Source of the DNA: Marinobacter nauticus | GTDB lineage: Bacteria; Pseudomonadota; Gammaproteobacteria; Enterobacterales; Shewanellaceae | DNA length: 24,000 nt | Assembly (NCBI GenBank): GCA_019801015.1 | Contig: JAHVJZ010000010.1 | Coordinates: 74,872-98,871, forward strand | Direction of reading: 5' to 3' | Shown here: positions 15,162 to 22,705 of the stretch, in pieces | Layout: the number at the start of each line of letters is the position of its first letter | Position numbering within the stretch: the first letter of the stretch is position 1 | The notes under the pieces: generated by a model | What the model was told of the DNA's origin: nothing | What the model saw: the letters and a program-made list of their open reading frames with translations, nothing else | Databases searched by the model: none | Translations under genes and position numbers: made by a program

Positions 15162-15853
15162 ATAGTTATTCCCCTGCCCAAGGGGAAAGGAAGGAGTAAA
15201 GTAAAAAGGACAAATGACCAGATCACTTTTTCCTCGTTGAATTTTAATGAATTACGGTTTTTAAACGTGTCGATGATTAGACTTCGACCCGTAGCCTAAA
15301 CAGCCGACTGGCCGGATAAGTTGATGATGCATAGTTTGGCAATAAGAGTCTTACCAAGCCATCGCAAAGGATAAAGGGTTTGTTAAATCTCGTGTATGGT
15401 GCTGAACAATGATTTTGTGTCTGAGTTGTATTCTTGAATCGGGCAGTGGAAATATAAAGGGTGATAATATTAATAAATAAGACATCATTACTTAATTAAT
15501 CAGAATAAATTAATGTTATTTGTACATTTTTAATTAATGTAATCTCAGCGCCATGTCTGCGTTGATACCGTGACTGCACTTTGTGCGGTTGCGCGGATCT
15601 CTTGGCCTGGCAGCGTATTCAGTGGGGCGTTCTGCCCCGACGTCAGGCGAAGTGGCGCTGCCATTCTGTTCATTCCAATTTATCGGAAGGCGTTGGCGCT
15701 GTGGCAGAGTGGCCGATGCACAGGTTGACCCAAAGGCCATTCGGAGCGGCGCGGTTCTTCGTTTATTGATGCTCTGATGCTGATGACCAGCGTCGGGCGA
15801 GCAAGCCGAAAACGGCTCACAGTGACCACTCAGTAAGTGAATGAGAAGGAAAG

Positions 15854-15945
15854 TGGTAGGGGCGGTGGGATTCGAACCCACAACCTGCCGCTTATCTGGC
15901 GCCACGGAGTATAAACCCGCTGCTCTACCATTGAGCTACGCCCCC
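15854..15945 (-). tRNA. Atypical 92-nt tRNA-like gene with encoded CCA, a canonical acceptor/D/T core, and two consecutive anticodon-arm-like hairpins (loops UUUAUAC and CAGAUAA)
   Basis: Minus-strand read: GGGGGCG UA GCUC AAUGGUA GAGC A GCGGG UUUAUAC UCCGU GGCGC CAGAUAA GCGGC AGGUU GUGGG UUCGAAU CCCAC CGCCCCU A CCA. The acceptor has 7 bp (G1-U72 wobble), the D-loop has GG, and the T-loop is UUCGAAU. See findings for the ambiguity. Confidence 0.6.
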
Positions 15946-16160
15946 AGCAAACCCAAGGTTTACCGGGGTATTCGAAAATGGATGCTGGTGCAGCGGACTC
16001 GCGTCATAAGGAGAATCGTTGCCTGGCAATGCGACAGTGATGACAACATCATAAGCCCGCTGCCGGGGTTATCGTGCGAGGTGGTGTGAAATGGGGGCGG
16101 TTTGGTCACAGGCAACAGCGGGCTGCCGATGCACCGGCGGCTAGGGGCGAACCTCCACAC

Positions 16161-16186
16161 AAAAGGGGCCATAAATGGCCCCTTTT
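16161..16186. terminator. Bidirectional hairpin terminator (AAAA GGGGCCA TAAA TGGCCCC TTTT)
   Basis: Read directly from the sequence. It lies 25 nt downstream of the stop of the minus-strand phosphatase-like gene (16211). Confidence 0.7.
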
Positions 16187-16210
16187 GTCATCGCTGGCCC
16201 GCCCTTGCCA

Positions 16211-16765
16211 TCACAGCGCCGGCGTCAGGCCGTAGTGAGCTTCAACAACATCGAAAAACGCTTTCAGGTTGGGCGCTTCAGCGAAGGATTGCTCCAGATC
16301 GCCCCAGGGTTGAAGTTCGGACGTATCGCCTTTGCCGTTTTTGATGGCGTGGTAGAGATAGACCAGACCCGACGCGCGCCAGTTAACGGCACAATGGACC
16401 AGCACATCCTTGTCGGTGTCGGAGAGGCGGTCCATCACCGCAATAAAGTGCTCCATGGTTGCGACCGGGTCGGCGGTCTCAAATGGCACCGTGTAATGGG
16501 TCAGCCCACTGGCACGTGCGCTGGCCGGGTCGGGAATAAAGCCGTTCTCCTGGTCCCAGGTGCTGTTGTAGGGAATCACGCTGATGACGGTATCAATGCC
16601 CGCCTTCTGCATTGCGGCGTAGTCAGGCTGCCTGGGCAAGCCGGAGCTCACCAGGTGCTGATCGTGAACGTACATATTGGAAAGGGGCGGAAGGGCTTCC
16701 CGGTCAATATTCGCAAAGGCACTGGTGGTAAACAGGGTCAGGGTTAAGGCAAACAGGGTTTTCAT
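16211..16765 (-). CDS. Secreted protein-tyrosine/dual-specificity-phosphatase-like protein (CX5R; DUF442-like)
   Basis: Signal peptide: MKTLFALTLTLFTTSAFA|NI. The HCAVNWRAS motif fits the HCX5R(S/T) P-loop. GGAG lies 6 nt upstream of the ATG. Confidence 0.75.
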   Translation of the reverse strand: MKTLFALTLTLFTTSAFANIDREALPPLSNMYVHDQHLVSSGLPRQPDYAAMQKAGIDTVISVIPYNSTWDQENGFIPDPASARASGLTHYTVPFETADPVATMEHFIAVMDRLSDTDKDVLVHCAVNWRASGLVYLYHAIKNGKGDTSELQPWGDLEQSFAEAPNLKAFFDVVEAHYGLTPAL

Positions 16766-16905
16766 ATGAGCTCCACAGGGTTGGTTATGGCGCTACGGTA
16801 TGCCAGTAACGGCAGGGGCAGAGAGAGACAACTGGCCTCGTTTGTCCCGCTGTCATGAAAATCGCGGCTGAGGAGGAAACTAAACGGGCAAGTCGGGTTC
16901 TATCT

Positions 16906-16922
16906 ATCGCAGAAAATGCGAT
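16906..16922. promoter_or_regulatory. Inverted repeat ATCGCA-GAAAA-TGCGAT, candidate TetR operator
   Basis: Read directly from the sequence. It lies immediately upstream of the tetR RBS (GGAGA 16926-16930) in the divergent intergenic region. Confidence 0.3.
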
Positions 16923-16934
16923 TTTGGAGATGAC

Positions 16935-17525
16935 GTGGTGCATCAGAAAGCCGCTCGACAGGGCGACAAAACCAAACAAAACATCGTAACGGCGCTGAGC
17001 CAACGTTTGCGTTCAGTGACCTATCAGCAGGTCACCGTGGGTGACCTTATGCGGCAGGCGGCGGTGGGGCGCAGCACCTTTTACCGCCACTTTACCTCCA
17101 AGCTGGATGTGCTGTTGCTGCTCCACGGCAATCGCTTTGGCCAGATGCTGGCGGATTACCAGACCGAAGCAGACTGGCTGGCAGACCATGCCGGAGCCAG
17201 CCTGCGTCAGTTCTTCGAACTGGTGGGGACGAACAGCAACCTGCGACGCTCATTGGGCTATACCCTCGGCGCCGACAGCGAACTGGCAAAGCATAAGATT
17301 GGCCAACTGATTGCGGATCGGATAGAGAGCAGCCTGCGTCAGGCGTTGCCGCAGTCTGAACTGACCGTCCCACTGCCGTTACTCAGCGCCGCCGTTGCCG
17401 CCAACCTGCAAAGTCAGGTGGTGGCGTTTAAGGAACCGACCCATCGCAGCGACGCACAGGTTTTTGCCGACCAGCTGCAGCGTCTGAACCGCGGCTTGAT
17501 TCTGGCGGCGTTAGGGCGGATTTGA
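16935..17525 (+). CDS. TetR/AcrR-family transcriptional regulator
   Basis: N-terminal TetR HTH: YQQVTVGDLMRQAAVGRSTFYRHFTSKLDVL. The start is GTG at 16935 or 16938, after GGAGA. Confidence 0.85.
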   Translation: MVHQKAARQGDKTKQNIVTALSQRLRSVTYQQVTVGDLMRQAAVGRSTFYRHFTSKLDVLLLLHGNRFGQMLADYQTEADWLADHAGASLRQFFELVGTNSNLRRSLGYTLGADSELAKHKIGQLIADRIESSLRQALPQSELTVPLPLLSAAVAANLQSQVVAFKEPTHRSDAQVFADQLQRLNRGLILAALGRI

Positions 17526-17617
17526 GAATGTATTGAGGGGGCAGAAGGAGGCGTCACGCGAAGGTGAGAGGTTGATGGCTGACCCCGGCCCCATCAATTC
17601 GTCTGGTCTTGCCCCGT

Positions 17618-18037
17618 TTACACAGTCGGGTTGAGTTTCCGGGCTTGCTCGATGGCGGCTATAAAACCGGACTTATCTTTTGGTGAGATCATCACACTGC
17701 CACCAGCATGGCAGATTTCCAGCCTGTCCAGCGACAGCGCCGGCGATGACAGTATCGACCTGCTTGGTCGAATCTCCTGGATATCAGACACGGCTATCCG
17801 CCAGCGATACGGCCCGGAGCGGATCGCCAACCAATCACCCTCGACCCGATAATTCGTCGACAGTAACAACCACATTGGCAAGCCCACGCCAATGAGCAGC
17901 ATCGACAGCACAACCCAACCGCTTTCTGTCAGGTTGGTACTGACAATAAGGTAGAAGGCCGCCGCCAGACACACCCCAACAGAGCCAACCAGGACCAACG
18001 CCAGCCAACCATCCACTTTGGACTGAAATTTCATCAT
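17618..18037 (-). CDS. Membrane protein with two TM helices and a bacterial PH (bPH/YdbS-like) domain
   Basis: The real start is probably ATG 18037 or 18034, directly after AGGAGG. The sequence MMKFQSKVDGWLALVLVGSVGVCLAAAFYLIV...GWVVLSMLLIGVGLPMWLLL is followed by YRVEGDWLAIRSGPYRWRIAVSDIQEIRP. The 240-aa track ORF adds an implausible N-terminal extension that overlaps the lysR end. Confidence 0.7.
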   Translation of the reverse strand: MMKFQSKVDGWLALVLVGSVGVCLAAAFYLIVSTNLTESGWVVLSMLLIGVGLPMWLLLSTNYRVEGDWLAIRSGPYRWRIAVSDIQEIRPSRSILSSPALSLDRLEICHAGGSVMISPKDKSGFIAAIEQARKLNPTV

Positions 18038-18206
18038 GCCTCCTTGCATAAAATGCCTCAGCGCTAACCGGAACCAGAATGAAGGTACGTTAGTTCTGGT
18101 GTGCGGACGAGAAAGTTGGTGTGAGATCGTTTCCTTCGTTGATCTGACATCGGTTGGCTGACAGGACGGCCATGCTAATCCCTTTACCCCCCCATTCCTA
18201 CCGAAG

Positions 18207-19151
18207 TCAGGATTGATACATGGTGTCAAAGTTTGGGATCCGTTGTTCCCATGCTGGCGTGTCTTCACCGATAAAATCCTTAAGCACTTCAAGAAACAGG
18301 CGGGTTTTCGGTGGCAGGTCTCTGTGGGGGTAAACGGCATAAAAGGTGCCGAAATCGGCCAGGTGAAGATGCGTCATGATAGGGACCAGCTTACCCTCAA
18401 GTATCTCGTTACCAATCGTCTGAGCCGTGACGACCGAGAGCATATTTCCGTCTGTCGCTGCACTTGTCAGCAGCTCCAGTTCGTTGGCTTTATAGGCCAC
18501 GTTCAGGCGGATATGCGCTTCATTTCCCTGAGCATCATAATACTTAACTTTATCGATTTTCTGGCTGTCCGATGCATACACAGCCGCGGGCAATCGCTCA
18601 AGTTCAGCAACGTTCTTTGGCTCGCCGTGTCGCTGCAGAAAGTCCGGAGACGCAACAATAAGAAGCCGATTTCTGGCCAGTTTTTTGGCAATCAGACTCG
18701 AGTCCTTGGGTACACCAGTCCGAAAGCCGAGATCGAACCCCCCGGCGACCAGGTCCTGCATGCGGTCATCCAGTCGAAGCTCAATGTTGATGGCTGGGTA
18801 TCGATGCTGAAAGGCCGCAATGGCCTGCTGCACGTAGCGACGGCCAAAATCAATGGTGCTGGCAATTTTCAGTGAGCCTTGTGGCATCGAGTGATAGTGC
18901 TCCGTCAGCCGCCGGGTATCGTCAAGAAGCGCGCGCAGGTGTCGGGCGTTTTCAGCGACATCCTGACCGACCGCGGTCAATGACAGTGAGCGGGTCGTTC
19001 GGTTGAGCAAACGCACCCCCAACTCGGCTTCAAGTTTATTCATCTGCTTGGATACGACCGACTTGTTGACCCGGCGATGTTCAGCGGCACCGACAAATGA
19101 ACCCATCTCAATGACATCAAGCAATAGCAGCAAGCGATCCGCCAGTTCCAT
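18207..19151 (-). CDS. LysR-family transcriptional regulator
   Basis: ATG at 19151 is preceded by GGAGGGGGA. HTH: MELADRLLLLLDVIEMGSFVGAAEHRRVNKSVVSKQMNKLEAELGVRLLNRTTRSLSLTAVG. It has a typical LTTR length and a substrate-binding domain. Confidence 0.9.
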   Translation of the reverse strand: MELADRLLLLLDVIEMGSFVGAAEHRRVNKSVVSKQMNKLEAELGVRLLNRTTRSLSLTAVGQDVAENARHLRALLDDTRRLTEHYHSMPQGSLKIASTIDFGRRYVQQAIAAFQHRYPAINIELRLDDRMQDLVAGGFDLGFRTGVPKDSSLIAKKLARNRLLIVASPDFLQRHGEPKNVAELERLPAAVYASDSQKIDKVKYYDAQGNEAHIRLNVAYKANELELLTSAATDGNMLSVVTAQTIGNEILEGKLVPIMTHLHLADFGTFYAVYPHRDLPPKTRLFLEVLKDFIGEDTPAWEQRIPNFDTMYQS

Positions 19152-19171
19152 TCCCCCTCCATGACATCTTT

Positions 19172-19188
19172 GTTGCCCTGAGGGCAAC
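19172..19188. promoter_or_regulatory. Inverted repeat GTTGCCC-TGA-GGGCAAC containing a T-N11-A core, candidate LTTR binding site
   Basis: Read directly from the sequence. It lies in the divergent lysR/crotonase intergenic region, 21 nt upstream of the lysR start, and is followed by two TATAGT boxes. Confidence 0.35.
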
Positions 19189-19300
19189 TATATAGTGCCT
19201 TATAGTACGTTTATCAACCCACAATTCACGACTAATATCCGCTTCATGGTTTCGGGCACTCGATGCCAAAAGTTGAAATTCACCGTATATGAGGAAAGTC

Positions 19301-20128
19301 ATGATGAGTAAGTTGACAGTAAACAAGGTTGGCGGGATCGCGCATGTCACTATTGATAACGCGCCAATTAATCTTCTGACCATTGACTTGATCAATGAAA
19401 TGAATGCATTCGTTTTGTCGTTGAAAGATGATCGCGATACTAAAGCCGTTGTCTTTAAGTCCAATCACCCTTCTTTCTTTTTGGCCCACCTGGATATTAC
19501 ATTGATTAATGGCACTCCGGGCGGACAGGCCGGAAGCATCGAATTCAATCATATGATCAGCAACATTAAATCGATGAAGCAGCTTTCTATCGCTGTTGTG
19601 GATGGTGTGGCACGCGGTGGTGGCAATGAGTTCGTTATGGCCTGTGATCTGGCGTATGGCACTGAAAACGCGGTATTTGCTCAACCTGAGCTGTTTATCA
19701 ATATCCCAACCGGCGGTCAGGGCGCGGTACAGTTCGCCCGACGTATGGGTAAGAATAAAGCGCTGCAGGCTTTGCTGACTGGGGCGGACTATAGTGCCGA
19801 GAAAGCCGAAGAGCTCAATATTATTACCCAGTACGTACCTCAAGCTGATATGGACGCGTTTCTTACTCAATTGCTGACGATTGTTGGCGGCTGGGAGGTT
19901 CGGGACATCGTGATGTATAAGGAGATTGTGGCGGCATCCCTGATGGATGAAAGTGCCGGCGCTGAACTGGAGCTGCGCTATTTTCTTGAGCGAGCGAAAG
20001 AAGAAAAAACACAGATGATCATCAATACCTTTCTTAAGCATGGTGGCCAGACGGTGCGCGAAGCGGAAGACCTTCAAGGGATCTTCATCGACACGGCTAA
20101 TGAGTTGAACGGACTCGCTAAGGGATAA
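19301..20128 (+). CDS. Enoyl-CoA hydratase/isomerase (crotonase) family protein
   Basis: Crotonase signatures: AVVFKSNHPSFFLAHLDI and VVDGVARGGGNEFVMACDLAYG. ATG at 19301 follows GAGGAAAG. Confidence 0.85.
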   Translation: MMSKLTVNKVGGIAHVTIDNAPINLLTIDLINEMNAFVLSLKDDRDTKAVVFKSNHPSFFLAHLDITLINGTPGGQAGSIEFNHMISNIKSMKQLSIAVVDGVARGGGNEFVMACDLAYGTENAVFAQPELFINIPTGGQGAVQFARRMGKNKALQALLTGADYSAEKAEELNIITQYVPQADMDAFLTQLLTIVGGWEVRDIVMYKEIVAASLMDESAGAELELRYFLERAKEEKTQMIINTFLKHGGQTVREAEDLQGIFIDTANELNGLAKG

Positions 20129-20143
20129 GCGTCGAACTCAGAG

Positions 20144-20165
20144 AACAGCCCTCTCGGGGGCTGTT
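20144..20165 (+). terminator. Hairpin AACAGCCC-TCTCGG-GGGCTGTT downstream of the crotonase gene (no U-tract)
   Basis: Read directly from the sequence; 8-bp perfect stem 16 nt after the stop codon. Confidence 0.4.
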
Positions 20166-20365
20166 ATGAAGACAGGCAAAACACCACTCCCGGCCTTGGC
20201 GCCCATCGGCCGCTCTGCCGCCTGATGGGCTCCTGCTGAGTCCGGCCCCGGCATCACACAGAAGCACGGGCGGGCCCGCGCTTCTCGTCGTCTCAAATGT
20301 TTACGTCTGCATCTCACCTCTGTTTGGCATAACCCTGTGCTATGCCTTATCAGGGGAGGCGCGGT

Positions 20366-21535
20366 ATGAAACAAGCATTTCAGGATTTCTTCTCTCAGGA
20401 ATCGTCTGGCGGCATTGTGCTGATGGTGGTGGTGGCCGTCGCCATGGTACTGGCGAATTCGCCGTTTGATGGGGCGTATCAGGCCTTTCTGAATACGCCG
20501 GTACAGGTACGGGTTGGCGCACTGGACATCGATAAACCGATGATCCTGTGGATCAACGACGGCCTGATGGCGTTGTTCTTTACCCTGATTGGCCTTGAGG
20601 TGAAACGGGAGTTGTTGCAGGGGGCGTTGTCGAGTCCCAGCAAAGCGGCGCTGCCCACCATCGCGGCCATCGGTGGACTGGTGGCCCCGGCCATCATCTT
20701 TCTGGCGTTGAATCAGGACGATCAGGTTGCCCGCGGTGGCTGGGCCATTCCCGCGGCAACGGACATTGCCTTCGCGCTAGGGGTGCTGGCCTTGCTGGGC
20801 TCACGGGTGCCTCCGGCCCTTAAAGTGTTTTTGCTGGCGCTGGCCATCATTGATGACCTGCTGGTGATCCTCATCATCGCGCTGTTCTACAGCGATAATC
20901 TGTCGATGCTCAGTTTATTGATGTCGGCATTGGCCACCCTGGGGCTGGTTTTGCTGAACCGATTCCGGGTGCGCAACCTGATGCCTTATCTGCTGGTGGG
21001 CATTGTACTGTGGGTGGCGGTGCTGAAATCCGGTGTGCATGCGACACTGGCCGGCGTTGTGCTGGCCTTTACCCTGCCGCTGAAAAAAGATGAGAACGGC
21101 TACTGCCCAAGCGAGGAGCTGGAGCACACTTTGCATCCATGGAGCGCCTTCCTGATTTTGCCGGTGTTCGCCTTTGCCAATGCCGGTGTCAGTCTGGATG
21201 GGCTGGGCTTGTCTGACCTGACTTCGCCGCTGCCGTTGGGCATTGCACTTGGACTGCTGTGCGGAAAGCCCATCGGCATTATGTTGTTCAGTCTGCTGGC
21301 AGTGAAACTGCGGATCGCAAGGTTGCCGGAGGGCATTCGCTGGGTGCAGCTTTTTGGGGTGTCGCTGCTCTGCGGCATCGGGTTCACCATGGCGATGTTT
21401 GTCGCCTCGCTCTCGTTCGAGCCGGGGTTGATGAATTACGGTGACTTGTCCCGACTGGGAATTCTGATTGGATCGGGCATTGCGGCCATCTCCGGCTATC
21501 TGGTGTTGAAAATCACGCTTTCGGAACACGAATGA
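20366..21535 (+). CDS. nhaA: Na+/H+ antiporter NhaA
   Basis: 389 aa, polytopic. NhaA-typical sequence: [86 protein letters not shown] at 20366 follows GGGGAGG. Confidence 0.9.
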   Translation: MKQAFQDFFSQESSGGIVLMVVVAVAMVLANSPFDGAYQAFLNTPVQVRVGALDIDKPMILWINDGLMALFFTLIGLEVKRELLQGALSSPSKAALPTIAAIGGLVAPAIIFLALNQDDQVARGGWAIPAATDIAFALGVLALLGSRVPPALKVFLLALAIIDDLLVILIIALFYSDNLSMLSLLMSALATLGLVLLNRFRVRNLMPYLLVGIVLWVAVLKSGVHATLAGVVLAFTLPLKKDENGYCPSEELEHTLHPWSAFLILPVFAFANAGVSLDGLGLSDLTSPLPLGIALGLLCGKPIGIMLFSLLAVKLRIARLPEGIRWVQLFGVSLLCGIGFTMAMFVASLSFEPGLMNYGDLSRLGILIGSGIAAISGYLVLKITLSEHE

Positions 21536-21553
21536 CGCGCCGGGCCGCAGGCT

Positions 21554-22705
21554 TCAGTCGTCGGTTTGCTTAAACGGCAGCGCCATTCGGGCTTCCTGCT
21601 CCGCCATACCGATGGCCTCCCACTCTTGCTGGCAGAAGCGGTGAATGGCGGGCGCGAACCCACGGTGATGAATCAGGCCAGCGCCGTAGCTGAAGGTGGG
21701 CTCGAAGCCCCGCGCCAGTTTGTGCTCACCCTGCACACCGGGGTCAAAGCACGTTAAGCCCCGCCTCAGGCAGTACTCGATGCCCTGGTAGTAGCACAAC
21801 TCAAAGTGGAGACCATCCACCGGCACCAGTGCGCCCCAGTAGCGGCCATACAGGGTATCGCCATCCACCAGGTAAAGGGCGCAGGCCAACACCTGCTGCT
21901 GGTGCCGGGCCACCATCATTACGATCCGGTCGGTAAAGGCGCTGGCGAGGGCATTAAAAAAGGCCGGTGTCAGGTAGCCGCTGTGGCCGGAACGCTTAAG
22001 GTAAGTGGTCTGGTAGCAGCGGATAAACGTCTGCCAGAGCTGCGGTTCGATGCTTCTGCCTTCATAGACCTCCGTTTCAATCCCCTTGTCGGACAGCGCG
22101 GAGCGTTCCTTACGCACCATTTTTCGTTTGCGCGACTTAAAGCGCGCCAGAAACTGGTCAAAGTCGGTTTCACCCTGATGCTGCCATTGGTAGCGCAGGT
22201 CCCGGCGCTGATACCAGCCGTCATGTGTCCAGTGAGGCAGGGCGCTGGGCTCCATAAACAGCACCTGAGCGCCGGAGCCGCCCAGTTGACCGCTGCGTTG
22301 CGTCAGCGCTTCTGCAACGGCGGCTTGGATCTGGCGGGCATCTTCGTCCCGGGCTATGCCGAGCCGGGGGCCGGTAATGGCGGTGTAGGGGATGGCGCTG
22401 ACCAGTTTGGGGTAGTACTCCAGCCCGTGTTGCTCGTACGCCCGCGCCCAGGACCAGTCAAACAGGTATTCGCCGTAGGAGTGCAGCTTGATGTAGAGGG
22501 GCATGGCGGCCACGAGGGCGTCGCCACGGTACAACAGCAGGTGGTGAGGCAACCAGCCGCTGTCCGGTTCGACGCAGCCGGTTTGTTCCAGTGCGTTGAG
22601 GTAGTGGTATTGGGTAAACAGCTGCGCGCCGAGCAGGCTGTCCCAGTCGTCGGCGCACACCTCGGACAGGGACGAGACAAACTCGGCGCGCAGCGTGGGG
22701 GTCAC
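21554..22705 (-). CDS. DUF482 / FemAB-like GNAT-fold N-acyltransferase family protein
   Basis: The family-typical block HSYGEYLFDWSWARAYEQHGLEYYPKLVSAIPYTAITGPRL is recognised from memory of PF04339-type proteins. The GTG start at 22705 overlaps the upstream stop. Confidence 0.75.
   Translation of the reverse strand: MTPTLRAEFVSSLSEVCADDWDSLLGAQLFTQYHYLNALEQTGCVEPDSGWLPHHLLLYRGDALVAAMPLYIKLHSYGEYLFDWSWARAYEQHGLEYYPKLVSAIPYTAITGPRLGIARDEDARQIQAAVAEALTQRSGQLGGSGAQVLFMEPSALPHWTHDGWYQRRDLRYQWQHQGETDFDQFLARFKSRKRKMVRKERSALSDKGIETEVYEGRSIEPQLWQTFIRCYQTTYLKRSGHSGYLTPAFFNALASAFTDRIVMMVARHQQQVLACALYLVDGDTLYGRYWGALVPVDGLHFELCYYQGIEYCLRRGLTCFDPGVQGEHKLARGFEPTFSYGAGLIHHRGFAPAIHRFCQQEWEAIGMAEQEARMALPFKQTDD

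Noticed and set aside
15947-16160. The possible sigma-54 promoter or palindrome TTGCCTGGCAA (about 16018-16030), and the 8-bp long-range pairing GCCCGCTG/CAGCGGGC upstream of the tRNA
   Set aside because: TGGCA is not followed by a TTGC element at the required spacing. The long-range stem alone is not enough to call an RNA element, so I left it unannotated.
15534-16172. ORFs of 123, 82, 70, 64 and 62 aa around the tRNA
   Set aside because: They overlap the tRNA-like gene or each other, lack an RBS, and have Arg/Pro/Ala-rich GC-artefact composition.
16175-16747. The 190-aa plus-strand ORF antisense to the phosphatase-like gene. Also 18213-18875 (antisense to lysR), 19280-20077 (antisense to the crotonase gene), 20915-21529 (antisense to nhaA) and 21806-22879 (antisense to DUF482)
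   Set aside because: In each case the opposite-strand ORF carries clear family motifs and a signal peptide or RBS. The antisense translations are low-complexity and have no motifs.
17618-18340. The full 240-aa version of the PH-domain ORF
   Set aside because: The first ~100 residues overlap the 3' end of lysR and are Cys/Arg/Pro-rich. An AGGAGG followed by ATGATG sits at 18044-18032, right before the first TM helix.
20129-20365. Absence of nhaR next to nhaA as an anomaly
   Set aside because: nhaA-nhaR adjacency is an enterobacterial feature. I cannot assert it for this unidentified taxon, so it is not evidence of rearrangement.
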